A stretch of DNA of 64,000 nt. Origin: an uncultured Pseudomonadota bacterium (GTDB lineage: Bacteria; SAR324; JACQKK01). The position numbers and the translations under genes are program-made. The DNA lies in assembly GCA_964583525.1 (NCBI GenBank), contig CAZOXD010000004.1:1909-65908 (forward strand). The letters run 5' to 3'. Positions 20,401 to 29,670 of the stretch are shown in pieces. Positions within the stretch are counted from its first letter, which is position 1, and the number at the start of each line of letters is the position of its first letter. The notes beneath the pieces are model-generated. The model had not been told where the DNA came from and did no database searches. It saw only the letters and a program-made list of their open reading frames with translations.

Positions 20401-23400
20401 GGTCTGTGACTGCGCGCTTCGCCCCCGCTCAGTTCCGCAACATGAGCGATACGGAGAAGCTGCAGGCGCCGCCGTTCGAGCGCTTCGAGTCCGGGCTGCG
20501 GATCACTGCGGCGTTCGAGCGCGGGGCGTCCGTGCACTTCACGCGCGCGTTCGAGGTGTTTCTGGTGGACAAGGAGCACCCCGGAGGGTTGTCGCAGCCG
20601 GGCGTGCCGGTGCCGCTGGGGCAGCTCTCCCCCCTGATGGACGATATCCGGCGGAGCCTGTCCCTGCAGCGCGGTGGATTGTTCAAGCCTTCCAAGGCTG
20701 TTGCCGATCGCGACCACCCGAAATACGTCAGTGTAGGTGACGTTGAGTTTACCGTTACGACCGCTACAGCCGACGGAGGTGTGTTTGCACGCGCAACCGT
20801 CAATGGCCAAGCAGTGCAGAACATGACCTACCTGCAGGCGCTGGATACGCTCCAGTCCACTGGGAGCGTGGCGTTGGTGATCCAGGACGCGGCATTCGCC
20901 GATCCGCCGCCGCCGCCCCAGGCTGCTCCGACCCTGAACCCCAATCAGGTGCCGGACGGGCACCTGGTGTTCCTCTCCTACTATCGCCGAGGTTTGTTAG
21001 CGAACTTGGTGCTTGATATAAATGCAGCGCAATGGCACGGCGATCTGATCGCCAATCTGCAATCCAGATCCGCGCCCGACGCAGCTGCCATCGGTCGCGA
21101 CGAATCGTTTGGACTGCCCGTTACCCTGGCCGGCCCGGGCGACGTGGAGGGGATTGTCCCATCGGTCATTTCCCGCCTGCAGCCACCTCCCAGCTCCAAC
21201 GACTTCGAGCCCAACCTGCTGGCGTTCGTGGAGTTCCGCGACCCTGACTTTCCCTGGCGCTACAGCATGAGCCCAGCCAACGGCGCGACGGCATTGCAGC
21301 CGTGGCTGATGCTCGTCGTGCTATCCAGCCAGGAGCTTTCTAGCATCGACGAACGCCAGGGCGAAGCGGTAATCAAGCAGGACGCATCAGGGCACTCCTA
21401 TCTCAAGGTGGCCTGGGACACAGACAACCAAGCCCTGTTTCCCAGTGGGCTGGGGAACTTGTCGGCCCACGCTCAGGTGGAAGCGCCGGACGTGCTGGCT
21501 GACAATGACCTGGACCTGTATATCCAGCAATTCCCGGACCGGCATGGTTCGCGCCTGTTCTCTTTCCGTAAGCTGCAACCCGAGACGGCCTACACTGCCT
21601 TCATCGTGCCCCACTATCTGGCGGGCTCCAACGTCATCTCTGGCGCGGAAAAGGCAACGGGCGATTTGACGCGACCCATTGTCGCCGCCGATGGGGCCAC
21701 GGTGCGGAACTTCCCCATCTACTTCCAATGGTCTTTTCAGACGTCGGAAGCAGGGGACTTCGAGGCGCTTGTGCGCCGCCTAGAGCCAATAGACGCCCCA
21801 GAGGACACGGGCCGCCGTCCCGTGGACGACAGCTTCAACTTCGACGCGGGCGCGATCGAGCAACGCTATTTTCATCGCGAAGGCGCCCTGGCAGCTCCCG
21901 GGTTCTCACAGAACCGGCTGGTCTACGAAACGCAGCTCACGCAGCAGGAGCGAACGAGCGGCATCGCGGCCGACCTGAACGCCGGTCTCGCTTACCTCCG
22001 CGACGGTTCCCCATCGACCGACCCTAGCGATCCGGACCCGCTTGTGTCGCTGCCCTACTACGGGCGCTACCACCAGCCGCCGACCCCGATCGTGGAACCG
22101 GCCGACGGCCAGTGGCCCGCTGCGGCGACCTGGGGCGAAGAGCTGAACCTGGACCTGCGCAACCGCGTCGCGGCCGGGCTGGGCACGCGGGTTGTGCAGG
22201 AGCACCAGGAAGAGCTGGCGCGGCAGTGCTGGGAACAGGTGGGCGACCTGCGCCTGGCCAACGACAAGCTCCAGCAGGCGCAGGGGGCCATGCACCTCTC
22301 GGACTCGCTGAAGACGCGTCACATGAGCAACCTCAGCGACGAGCGCTTCGTTCTGCTAACACCGACCGCGCACGCGCACTTCCCGCTTACGGAGACGGGC
22401 CAGAGCCAGAGCCTGCGCGCCACTCTCGATGCGTCCGGCCTCCCACTCGGTGCGCCGCGCGCGGTGTTCAAGCGAATCGCTGGGCAGCGCGTCGGCCTGG
22501 ACCGCATCGACCTGTTTGCACCGTGGCACATCGCGCAGCGCTGCAAACGCATCCACGACGAATGGTGGCGGCGTTGGCTTGCGCGAACGATTCGTATGCT
22601 TCTGCCGATCCTGCTGGGCATTGCACGCGTGCTGGCGTGGTGGATTCCATCGTCGTTCACCGCCCAGGTCTATCAGTGGGCCAAAGGCGCGGCGCAAACC
22701 CTGGGCACGCGCTACGCGTGCGGCTGGCCGCGTGTCCCCAACCGCCTCTATAACCTGGAGCAGCGGTTCAAGGAGGCCATGCGGGAGTGGGGCTTGACCC
22801 TGCCATTGCTCGAAGAGGTGTTGCCGCTCAAGCCGCGCGTCGTGCCGGTGCGGCCTATCGACATCGCTCAGGATTTCCGGCCGCGCTTTTCCCCGCGCAA
22901 GGTGGTCCAGGCAAAGCTGGGCCTTACGATCCAGTTCAACGACGGTCGCGCCATCCCGGAATCGCTCGATCCCATCATGGACACGCCGCGCATCCGCGAG
23001 CCCATGTACCGCCACTTGAGCGAGTTGTCGCTGGACTACGTCCTGCCCGGGCTGGCCGACTTGCCAAACAATAGCGTTACCCTCCTGGAAGAGAATACAC
23101 GTTTCGTTGCCGGATACCTTGCGGGAGTCAACGTGGAACTGGGCAGAGAGATGGCTTGGCGCCTTTTCCCGTGCGACCAGCAGGGCACGTTTTGTCCGCA
23201 CTTCTGGGAATCGGCGCAGAGCGGCACCGATCCTGACCCTGACCCCGAATCCCCACGCCGGGACATACCGGACCTCCACGAGTGGGACCTGCTGCTAGGT
23301 CGCAACCTGGTCGTGGAAGGCGGCGAAACCGGGCTACTGGATGGCGAACAGCGTGTGGTCCTGCTCATTAAGGGAGACCTGATCCGCCGCTATCCCGATG

Positions 23401-23819
23401 CGATCTTCTACGCTGTCGAGCTGCACGGCGCCACAGGCCAAAGTCCGTGGTGTGACGGTAACGCGGTCCCCACGGCGATCGCGCCGCTGTTTCGCGGCCA
23501 ACTCGGTCCGGACGTACTCGTTGTCGGCTTTCCGTTCACTACCACCGCGCTGGACGACGCGGATACGGAGCTGTACTTCGTGATCCAGCAGAACGAGGTG
23601 CGCGATCCCTACGGCCTGGACGTGGCCAACCCGGAGGCTCCCTTGGACCCAGCCAACTACAATTGGAGCCAGCCCACACTTTCGGAAAAAGGGTATGTGA
23701 CGAATTGGGGCGACGTCCCGCACGTCAATCCGGCCGTCCTGGCTGGAAGCACGGCGCAGCGACGCGTGCAGCTCATCGTTCATTCCTCGAACATGATGCC
23801 GCCGTCCCCTGGGAGCTAA
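17451..23819 (+). CDS. Giant (2122 aa) protein of unknown function
   Basis: Uninterrupted 6.4-kb ORF starting 5 nt after the S8 stop. There is a Gly/beta-rich central region, including 'GGFHPRFNPPPGFPRLDRL', that I recall from DUF6603-type hypothetical proteins (unverified). A Trp-flanked hydrophobic helix 'WWRRWLARTIRMLLPILLGIARVLAWWIP' lies at about nt 22561-22656. I found no Walker A or catalytic motif. Confidence 0.85.
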   Translation: MSRLDDFCKELIWFVQPVVEAVEDEESLKSFFSEFGYDLTGSDTEIGNAVTEIRDTLYPILQGLGTALADGSLDLSVPQELLTTIRSTGESQSIQSLIADASEFPGELFSHLFYHYISTKIGILSALLEAFGVITITRVTTADAGGRDLDYDKVELHWDRLGVFVTDSGKWAKEVYGWGATLDTDGRIFDYEKAIASLAHLIESTQLVLSRKQNLTPTEADFFLANRGGITVNEVVIPFFQDEFESVDDAGDPEFRNEIGLKVLPSGDLNQPANLGLAMAPFAKGTLPLEIALSDNLTMNLVSSASATGGVYLRLTPDGVEVMGGGVFGADFSFGFTYRNADNSPAVLVGGEGQTRLESSSIGTQSGVSIGSGSTPEVFAEFFIQGGALVIQGGDGDGFIQKILPQDPITVLFDLTLGVSNTKGFYVKGGAGLEYTFHVNQEIGPIFIGTIDLAIFLKDGNIELNTALSAGASLGPIKASVSKIGLKALLEPGKKGLLGFADLSLGFKPPTGIALGIDPPPVRGGGGIFIDPPNYTGILNLTIEETVDVTAIGLLTTEMPGGQPGFSLLISLSARFSPIQLSFGFALTGVGGLIGINRTMLEEPLRDAFKRHTLDYILFPEDPISDAALIIDAIQSVFPPREDRFVIGLMGEIIWGSATPLVVFNFGVIIELGGPGLVVLIGQGSTALPTKETPVVEINVDLLGFIDLGAETVAIDAELYDSRITVYPLSGEMALRSGWGSEADFIWSMGGFHPRFNPPPGFPRLDRLMISRDLGVVYMSLECYLAITTNTFQVGALLSIDGDFGVASAKGGTSFDTLIKFSPFSFDVDFKLWLDLKVAGAQVAELDVSLNLTGPNPFHAIGYAHFSMLFISVDVDVDITMGERIPAPPPEVSPFDKALEAFQDVRSLVFELPDWASSHVSLLGADPSLQLEGPAVTPKLLDPAGSAVVSQGTMPLALRLDRVGGGTPPANERYLELITALPSGSVTARFAPAQFRNMSDTEKLQAPPFERFESGLRITAAFERGASVHFTRAFEVFLVDKEHPGGLSQPGVPVPLGQLSPLMDDIRRSLSLQRGGLFKPSKAVADRDHPKYVSVGDVEFTVTTATADGGVFARATVNGQAVQNMTYLQALDTLQSTGSVALVIQDAAFADPPPPPQAAPTLNPNQVPDGHLVFLSYYRRGLLANLVLDINAAQWHGDLIANLQSRSAPDAAAIGRDESFGLPVTLAGPGDVEGIVPSVISRLQPPPSSNDFEPNLLAFVEFRDPDFPWRYSMSPANGATALQPWLMLVVLSSQELSSIDERQGEAVIKQDASGHSYLKVAWDTDNQALFPSGLGNLSAHAQVEAPDVLADNDLDLYIQQFPDRHGSRLFSFRKLQPETAYTAFIVPHYLAGSNVISGAEKATGDLTRPIVAADGATVRNFPIYFQWSFQTSEAGDFEALVRRLEPIDAPEDTGRRPVDDSFNFDAGAIEQRYFHREGALAAPGFSQNRLVYETQLTQQERTSGIAADLNAGLAYLRDGSPSTDPSDPDPLVSLPYYGRYHQPPTPIVEPADGQWPAAATWGEELNLDLRNRVAAGLGTRVVQEHQEELARQCWEQVGDLRLANDKLQQAQGAMHLSDSLKTRHMSNLSDERFVLLTPTAHAHFPLTETGQSQSLRATLDASGLPLGAPRAVFKRIAGQRVGLDRIDLFAPWHIAQRCKRIHDEWWRRWLARTIRMLLPILLGIARVLAWWIPSSFTAQVYQWAKGAAQTLGTRYACGWPRVPNRLYNLEQRFKEAMREWGLTLPLLEEVLPLKPRVVPVRPIDIAQDFRPRFSPRKVVQAKLGLTIQFNDGRAIPESLDPIMDTPRIREPMYRHLSELSLDYVLPGLADLPNNSVTLLEENTRFVAGYLAGVNVELGREMAWRLFPCDQQGTFCPHFWESAQSGTDPDPDPESPRRDIPDLHEWDLLLGRNLVVEGGETGLLDGEQRVVLLIKGDLIRRYPDAIFYAVELHGATGQSPWCDGNAVPTAIAPLFRGQLGPDVLVVGFPFTTTALDDADTELYFVIQQNEVRDPYGLDVANPEAPLDPANYNWSQPTLSEKGYVTNWGDVPHVNPAVLAGSTAQRRVQLIVHSSNMMPPSPGS

Positions 23820-23821
23820 CC

Positions 23822-26800
23822 ATGGCCGACACCATAAATGCCACGCTGGCCGAACCGGTAATCCTGTTCCCGTTGCGGTTAGAGCTGCGCAAGGTTAGCG
23901 TCTCCACGCCCGTCGCCAAGCACGCTTTTCGTCCGGTGAGTGACGGCAAGGCCTCTCTCGTCCAACTGCAGGCGACCGCGTCAGTGCACCCCCCTCGGCC
24001 CGAGTACTGGGTACGCTGGTATCCAGATGATGTGATGGCACTGGCCCCGCCACGCGCGGTGAGCGGCGAGGATGAGAAAGCCTTCGAGCGCTGGCGGGAT
24101 TCCGTGGGCGGGGCCGATGCCTTCGATCTAAACATCCCGCGCGTAAATAGCGCATGGCAGCGGCTCGTTGAGGACGTCGGAGTCGTGCGGGCGCGCTACC
24201 TGGTGGGCTACTTCACGAGCCGCGGGTGGATCGATATGGAGTTTGCACAGAAAACGTCGCTCGAATCGATGCTGGAGGAGGGACTGACGGTACCTCTGCT
24301 GCCGCGCTGGCTGCGGCTCTATGCGCTGGATAACAACGGAAACGCCAACCTCGTCGCCGGTCCCATCGAGGTGGACCCGGGAGACGAGCTGCGCGTGGGC
24401 GCGCTCGACATTCCCGGGACGGAATGGATGACAGCGTTCGAAGCTGCCCTCAAGCTGGGCATGGGCACAAAGATAGTCGAGCCGGCGAAGGTGGGCCTCA
24501 TCGACAACGCGGCTTGGCTTCTCGCACTGGGTACGCCCACACGGCGCGAGAGGACGCTCGAGCACGTGCTGCGCGGCTATCGCGCGCGGGGCCAGCTTGC
24601 CCTCGTGCCACAGGACGCGCCCACCAACAACGTCGAAGAAGGCAAGACGGCCTTCGCGCGGCTGCGCACGGACCTACCCACCTACATCGCCGCCACGCGA
24701 GACAGCCTGGACGATCTGGCACGCCCTGAAGTGCGGCAGTTGGTCCCACCGCCGCCCACCGATCCCGCCACGCGCAGGCATAAAAAGACGCGGGACGCCC
24801 ATCTGCTCAGCCACCTGCTGCGGCTGGACCCGGGCGTGTTCAGCGAGATTCCCGGCACCGGGCTCACTGAGCAGTTGGACGCAGATGCCATGGCGGAGCT
24901 GCTTTGGAATTGCCTCCAGTCCGGCCTACGCGACCGACTCAACGGCCTCTCGGGGCTGTCCTCTCCCGGCCTTCAGGGCACGCAGTATGACGAACACTGG
25001 AACGCGCTAGGGCGGTTCTTCATCGAACATTTGCGGGGGTGTGGGCCGCTGCCCGTGTTACGCGCCGGGCCCAATCCCTACGGCCTGCTGCCGGTTATGC
25101 CCAAGGGCCAGTGGCAGGTCGGGGGGGGCCATCCGCCCGCCACGGCGGGGCTGCTGAAGCTGCTGCACGCACTGTTCTCTTTGCTGCGGGACGACTTTGC
25201 GTACCTCGCGCAGACAATGCCCAATCTCTCCACTGCCAGCCCGAATCAGCTTTATCCGCAGTTGATAGAGGCGCTGTGCCGGGACCGCATCGCCAAGGGC
25301 AACAACCTGCGCTTCGATCCGAATAATAGCGATCCGTATCTCGTCGCCTGCGCGCTGGCTGCAGACCTGGCGCCCGAGGGCGATCCGTCCATTCCACCGC
25401 TGGGCTACCTGCAGGCCATCGCGGACTTTCAAGACGGCGATACCGACTTGAAGGTTTCGAACGTCCTGGACCTGAGGGAACGCGCCCGCAACGAGTCGCT
25501 GCTGCACCGCTTGCTGGTCATGCACCTCGAACGAGACTCGGGCGACCTGTCTGACGAGGCAATCGAGAAGGTCAAGGCCCTCAGGGCGCCGGCTCAATGG
25601 CTTGTGCAACTGCCCGTGGACCGGGTGGAGATCCTCTTCTGCGAAGTGCTGGACCTGCTAACCCACCGCTTGGACGCTTGGCTCACGGCCTTTGCCACCC
25701 AGCGGCTGCTTGAGTGCCGCGCCTTCACGCAGGACCACGCCGACGTCACGGACCCACACGCCCTGGGCGCCTATGGTTGGTTGGAGCGACCCGGTGGGAT
25801 CGTGGAGCAGCCGCAGGCCTCCCACTACGTGCAGACGCCCTCCACACCGCAGGCCGCCTGCGCGGGCATCATGCACAATGCGGCGCTCAACAACGGGGAC
25901 GCGCCTTATGCCGGGCCGTATCAGTTCAACCTCAACTCGCGCCGCGTCCGCGATGGGCAGTGGTTCCTGGAAGGGCTACGCCAGGGGCACCTACCTGGCG
26001 AACTACTGGGGTACCGGCTGGAACGCATGATCAAGGCGCAAGCGGCCGCCAATCGGGCCAGCGGGGCCAACACCGACCAGGATGTGCGTGAGACGGATAT
26101 CTTCGCGCTGCGCGATCTGTACCGCTTCCCGCACAACCAACCACGGCCGGGCACGCACGGGGGCGACAGACTGCCGCTGCCTGTGGTGGTCAACGGCGAA
26201 GCGTTCCTGGCCGACAACCCGCAGCTAACCAGCAACAGCGTCGCTCCCGAACTCGCGCAGCGCAACTTTACGGCGATCCGCGAGCGCTTGGCCAGCTTGC
26301 ATGATGCCTCGGCAGACCTACTGCTGGCCGAGGCCTGCTACCAGGTGGTTCTGGGTAACAGCGAGCGCGCCGCCGCCTGCATGGATGTGCTGGACGGGGA
26401 GGTGCGGCCGCCGGAGCTGGAGTTCGTGCGCACGCGGCGTAGCGGAGCCATCCATGCCTCGCGGCTGGCGCTGTGCCTGCCCGTTCCTTTGCCGACGCCG
26501 CCTTCACAGGATGCCGACGGCAATCCGCTGCTGCAGGACCCGCTGTTACTCGCTGACCCGGTGTTGGCGCACCTGTGCATGCAGGTGTTCCCGGATTGGG
26601 ATACGCAGAATCTCGTGCTCCGCATTGGGAAGAAGGGTGAAACGCCCAACGTGGAATTGACGGTCGCGCTGGAGGCGGAGTTGGGGCTGGAACCGGTGCA
26701 CCTGGTCGTGGGGGAGACGAGCGACCTGTTGCACGTGGCGCGTTACTACGTGCTTAATCAATGGCGGGCGGCCACCGATCCCGGGTTCGTCATTACTTCC

Positions 26801-28234
26801 GTTGACTATTTAGTGGAGTTGGGGCCTTTTCCAGTTGTGGGACAGGAGGCGGACCTGCGCAACGCCTTCGCGATCGAGCTGGTACCGCCGCCCTCGCCGG
26901 ACGACGAGCCTGGCGCGGTCCGCTCGTCCGATGCGCTCAACCGCGCGGCGCGGCTGCGGCGGCTGCTCAACCGCACTCGCAGCGCGGACAAGCCCTCCAC
27001 CCTGGATCCGGACGCCGAGCCGCGCCTGCCCGCCAATCGGGCGGCGCCGGATGAGCAGCATACGGACCTCGCTGCCACCTTCGCGCTGCTGCGGGAGCGG
27101 GTGAACGCCCTGCAGGCGCAACTGGTTGACCTGCGCGGTGCGTTGCTATTGCTCCTGCCCCAGCGTGACGGGGACGCGGTGCGCATGATGCCAGACGACG
27201 GCCTGACCGTTCCGGAGCGCGATGCGCTGCTGGATGCGTTCAGCGCGCCGTTCGACTCCGCCATGCCGCTGGCGCGCCTGGCCCGGTACGGCTTCCCGCA
27301 GGCGCTCACTGTGGTACCGGCGCAACCGCCCCCGATTCCGACGCCGGACCTGGAGCAGGGCGGCTGGGCCCTGACTCGGCTGGCGTCGATGCTCGGTAGC
27401 CTGGAGACGCGCCTTGACAAGCTGGACGTCTTGCTGGGGCAGTTGAACACGCTGGACCACCCCGATCACCGCAAGGCGGGAATCGCCAAGGCAACCCAGG
27501 CCATCGCGCTTGCCATCGGCCGCGACGGCCTGCCCTTGCAGGTGCCCTACGTGGCGCAGGGTGGTGGTTGGCCGGTCTCCTTCGCGGAGGCGGGCGAACC
27601 CAACGATCAGGGGCAGGCCGTTCAGGACGAGCTGGAGCCCTATACCTATGTGCGACCCGCCGTCGCCGAGGCTCTGGATCTGTTCGGCTCCGGCACCGGC
27701 CTGGATTGGTATGCGCGGCGCCAGCCGGTGGACCCGGGCCCGCAGACGCTCTATGCCATCGCACCGTATAGCGAGCAGGTGGACGTTCAGGAATTGGCCC
27801 TGCTGCTGCTCGATAGCTGGACGGAGTTCATACCCAATGCCGAGGAGACGACGGCCCTGTCGCTGCACTTCCCGACGCCGAAGTCACAGGCACCCAACTG
27901 CATCCTGCTGGTCGTGCCTCCCAAGGTCACTGACAGCGAGCTTTGGACGCCCGAATTGCTGGTGGATGCCCTGCGCGAGACCATCGACCTGATGCGCTGC
28001 CGCATGGTGGGTCCGGAGGAGGTGATGGGCGACAACAACCTGGGCCGCTATCTGCCTCTGCTGTTTGTTGCGTCCGGGAAGCAGCCCGTGCCGATTCCGG
28101 TGCTGGAGCAGCTCCTGTCCGACGAGGCCACGGATGGATCGTTCGCCTACCGCATGGCCAGCGACTTCCCGCAGGATCAGCTGGAAGATCCCGGCGTGCT
28201 GGCGCGCCGCAGCAACTACCCCGACCTGGAGTGA
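23822..28234 (+). CDS. Giant (1470 aa) protein of unknown function
   Basis: ATG 23822 lies 2 nt after the upstream stop. The track start at 23663 would overlap the previous gene. The N-terminus 'MADTINATLAEPVILFPLRLELR' and 'LRAGPNPYGLLPV' recall recurrent motifs of uncharacterised large proteins. I found no enzymatic motif. Confidence 0.85.
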   Translation: MADTINATLAEPVILFPLRLELRKVSVSTPVAKHAFRPVSDGKASLVQLQATASVHPPRPEYWVRWYPDDVMALAPPRAVSGEDEKAFERWRDSVGGADAFDLNIPRVNSAWQRLVEDVGVVRARYLVGYFTSRGWIDMEFAQKTSLESMLEEGLTVPLLPRWLRLYALDNNGNANLVAGPIEVDPGDELRVGALDIPGTEWMTAFEAALKLGMGTKIVEPAKVGLIDNAAWLLALGTPTRRERTLEHVLRGYRARGQLALVPQDAPTNNVEEGKTAFARLRTDLPTYIAATRDSLDDLARPEVRQLVPPPPTDPATRRHKKTRDAHLLSHLLRLDPGVFSEIPGTGLTEQLDADAMAELLWNCLQSGLRDRLNGLSGLSSPGLQGTQYDEHWNALGRFFIEHLRGCGPLPVLRAGPNPYGLLPVMPKGQWQVGGGHPPATAGLLKLLHALFSLLRDDFAYLAQTMPNLSTASPNQLYPQLIEALCRDRIAKGNNLRFDPNNSDPYLVACALAADLAPEGDPSIPPLGYLQAIADFQDGDTDLKVSNVLDLRERARNESLLHRLLVMHLERDSGDLSDEAIEKVKALRAPAQWLVQLPVDRVEILFCEVLDLLTHRLDAWLTAFATQRLLECRAFTQDHADVTDPHALGAYGWLERPGGIVEQPQASHYVQTPSTPQAACAGIMHNAALNNGDAPYAGPYQFNLNSRRVRDGQWFLEGLRQGHLPGELLGYRLERMIKAQAAANRASGANTDQDVRETDIFALRDLYRFPHNQPRPGTHGGDRLPLPVVVNGEAFLADNPQLTSNSVAPELAQRNFTAIRERLASLHDASADLLLAEACYQVVLGNSERAAACMDVLDGEVRPPELEFVRTRRSGAIHASRLALCLPVPLPTPPSQDADGNPLLQDPLLLADPVLAHLCMQVFPDWDTQNLVLRIGKKGETPNVELTVALEAELGLEPVHLVVGETSDLLHVARYYVLNQWRAATDPGFVITSVDYLVELGPFPVVGQEADLRNAFAIELVPPPSPDDEPGAVRSSDALNRAARLRRLLNRTRSADKPSTLDPDAEPRLPANRAAPDEQHTDLAATFALLRERVNALQAQLVDLRGALLLLLPQRDGDAVRMMPDDGLTVPERDALLDAFSAPFDSAMPLARLARYGFPQALTVVPAQPPPIPTPDLEQGGWALTRLASMLGSLETRLDKLDVLLGQLNTLDHPDHRKAGIAKATQAIALAIGRDGLPLQVPYVAQGGGWPVSFAEAGEPNDQGQAVQDELEPYTYVRPAVAEALDLFGSGTGLDWYARRQPVDPGPQTLYAIAPYSEQVDVQELALLLLDSWTEFIPNAEETTALSLHFPTPKSQAPNCILLVVPPKVTDSELWTPELLVDALRETIDLMRCRMVGPEEVMGDNNLGRYLPLLFVASGKQPVPIPVLEQLLSDEATDGSFAYRMASDFPQDQLEDPGVLARRSNYPDLE

Positions 28235-28237
28235 GCC

Positions 28238-29629
28238 ATGGCGCAAGCGCCCAAGTACATAGCCGGCAATGGCCGCCTGGAGCAGGTCGGCGCCACGCAC
28301 AGCGTCGAGGAAGGATGCCAGGCGCGGGTAAAGGACCCGCTCTGGATGCTGGGCCGACAGTGGCAGATGGCAGAGTTCGCCCCGCTCAACGGCGGCCAGT
28401 TGGCCCGCAGCGAGGTCACGTACCAAACGACGGTGCTGGAGACGCTCGGCGTGTTCTCCTCGACGGACGAATTCCCAGTGGACCTAGCCGAACCGCTCGA
28501 ATCGCAGGTGGAGCGCGAGGATGACACGCCCCAACCGCCGCCAGCGTGGAATCCCGAGCGGCTGGAGTACGACTTCACGCTGACCGACGGCAGCAACCTG
28601 CTGGAGGCGCGGGAGTACGACGGCAACCGGCTCGACTGGTACAGTTTCGACCAAGCCGCACGCATCGCCGACTTCAGCCCCGACCAGATAGCCACGTTGC
28701 GCCCCGCTGCGGCCAGCTACCCGGGCATGCCGCATCCGCGCTGGTGGACCTTCGAGGAAGGGCAGGTGGACTTCGGCGACGTGCGCCGCCCGTACCTGAA
28801 CCTGCTGGCGTTGCTCCTGATGGAATTCGCGCTGATCCATTCGCAGGACTGGTACATGATCCCGATCCCGCATCCCGTTGGGTCAATGCGGTACATCAAA
28901 CGCGTGCGATCGATAGACAACTTCGGCGTGGAGGTCGAGGCCGTCGCAGTTCAGGACCCCTCCATCAACCAGAGTGGCTTTGAGCTGTTCACGCTGACAC
29001 CCAGCGAGGATTCGACCCTGGCCAGCGACGGGCGGTACTTCTATGTGCCCAACAACGTGTGGCAGGACCTGGGCAGCGAGCCCCGCGAACGCGTGACGGT
29101 GACGCGTGACGAGCTCAGCAATCTGGTGTGGGCCGTGGAGCACCGGGTGCAGGACGGCAACGGACACACCGTCGAGCGCCGGGAAGAGGTGCCTCTGGCG
29201 GTGCCCGCGCGGCCCGCGCACTACCTGGACGTCCCCGGCGGCAATCTCATGGTAACGCGCCCGGCGGAATTCCCGCCCGGCGAGCCGGGCAACGAACTGC
29301 AAGGGCCGTTGGCAACATACGAGACGCAACGGATTCCGCCACCGCACTGGATTCCCTACCTGCAAGGCAAGTACAACGGGCGTGTGGTCCTGCGCCGCGG
29401 CCGCACGCAGCAGGAGACGGATCCGCCGCAATACAAGGGCCGATTGCTGGAGGAATCGGTGCTGATCGCCGAGGACGAAGTCCCGCGCTCCGGCATCGAG
29501 GTATCGCGTTACCACCAGCTTGCCCGCGGAACGGACGGCAGGCGCGTGCGCTGGCTGGGGCGACGCAAGCGGCCGGACGTCCCCAAGGGGCCCAGTGACC
29601 TGCGCTTCGACCTGCTGACGGAGCCCTAG
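28238..29629 (+). CDS. 463-aa protein of unknown function, last tightly coupled gene of the S8/giant-protein operon
   Basis: The ATG lies 3 nt after the upstream stop. Motifs 'DPLWMLGRQWQMAEF' and 'MPHPRWWTFEEGQVDFG' have no assignable function. Confidence 0.8.
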   Translation: MAQAPKYIAGNGRLEQVGATHSVEEGCQARVKDPLWMLGRQWQMAEFAPLNGGQLARSEVTYQTTVLETLGVFSSTDEFPVDLAEPLESQVEREDDTPQPPPAWNPERLEYDFTLTDGSNLLEAREYDGNRLDWYSFDQAARIADFSPDQIATLRPAAASYPGMPHPRWWTFEEGQVDFGDVRRPYLNLLALLLMEFALIHSQDWYMIPIPHPVGSMRYIKRVRSIDNFGVEVEAVAVQDPSINQSGFELFTLTPSEDSTLASDGRYFYVPNNVWQDLGSEPRERVTVTRDELSNLVWAVEHRVQDGNGHTVERREEVPLAVPARPAHYLDVPGGNLMVTRPAEFPPGEPGNELQGPLATYETQRIPPPHWIPYLQGKYNGRVVLRRGRTQQETDPPQYKGRLLEESVLIAEDEVPRSGIEVSRYHQLARGTDGRRVRWLGRRKRPDVPKGPSDLRFDLLTEP

Positions 29630-29670
29630 CCGCATGCGACAGTTAAACCAACCTCGGCAGGGTGAATTCC

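Noticed and set aside
23663-23821. Upstream start (23663) for the 1470-aa gene
   Set aside because: It would overlap the end of the 2122-aa gene by 157 nt in a different frame. ATG 23822, 2 nt after the upstream stop, gives a clean coupled start ('MADTINATL...').
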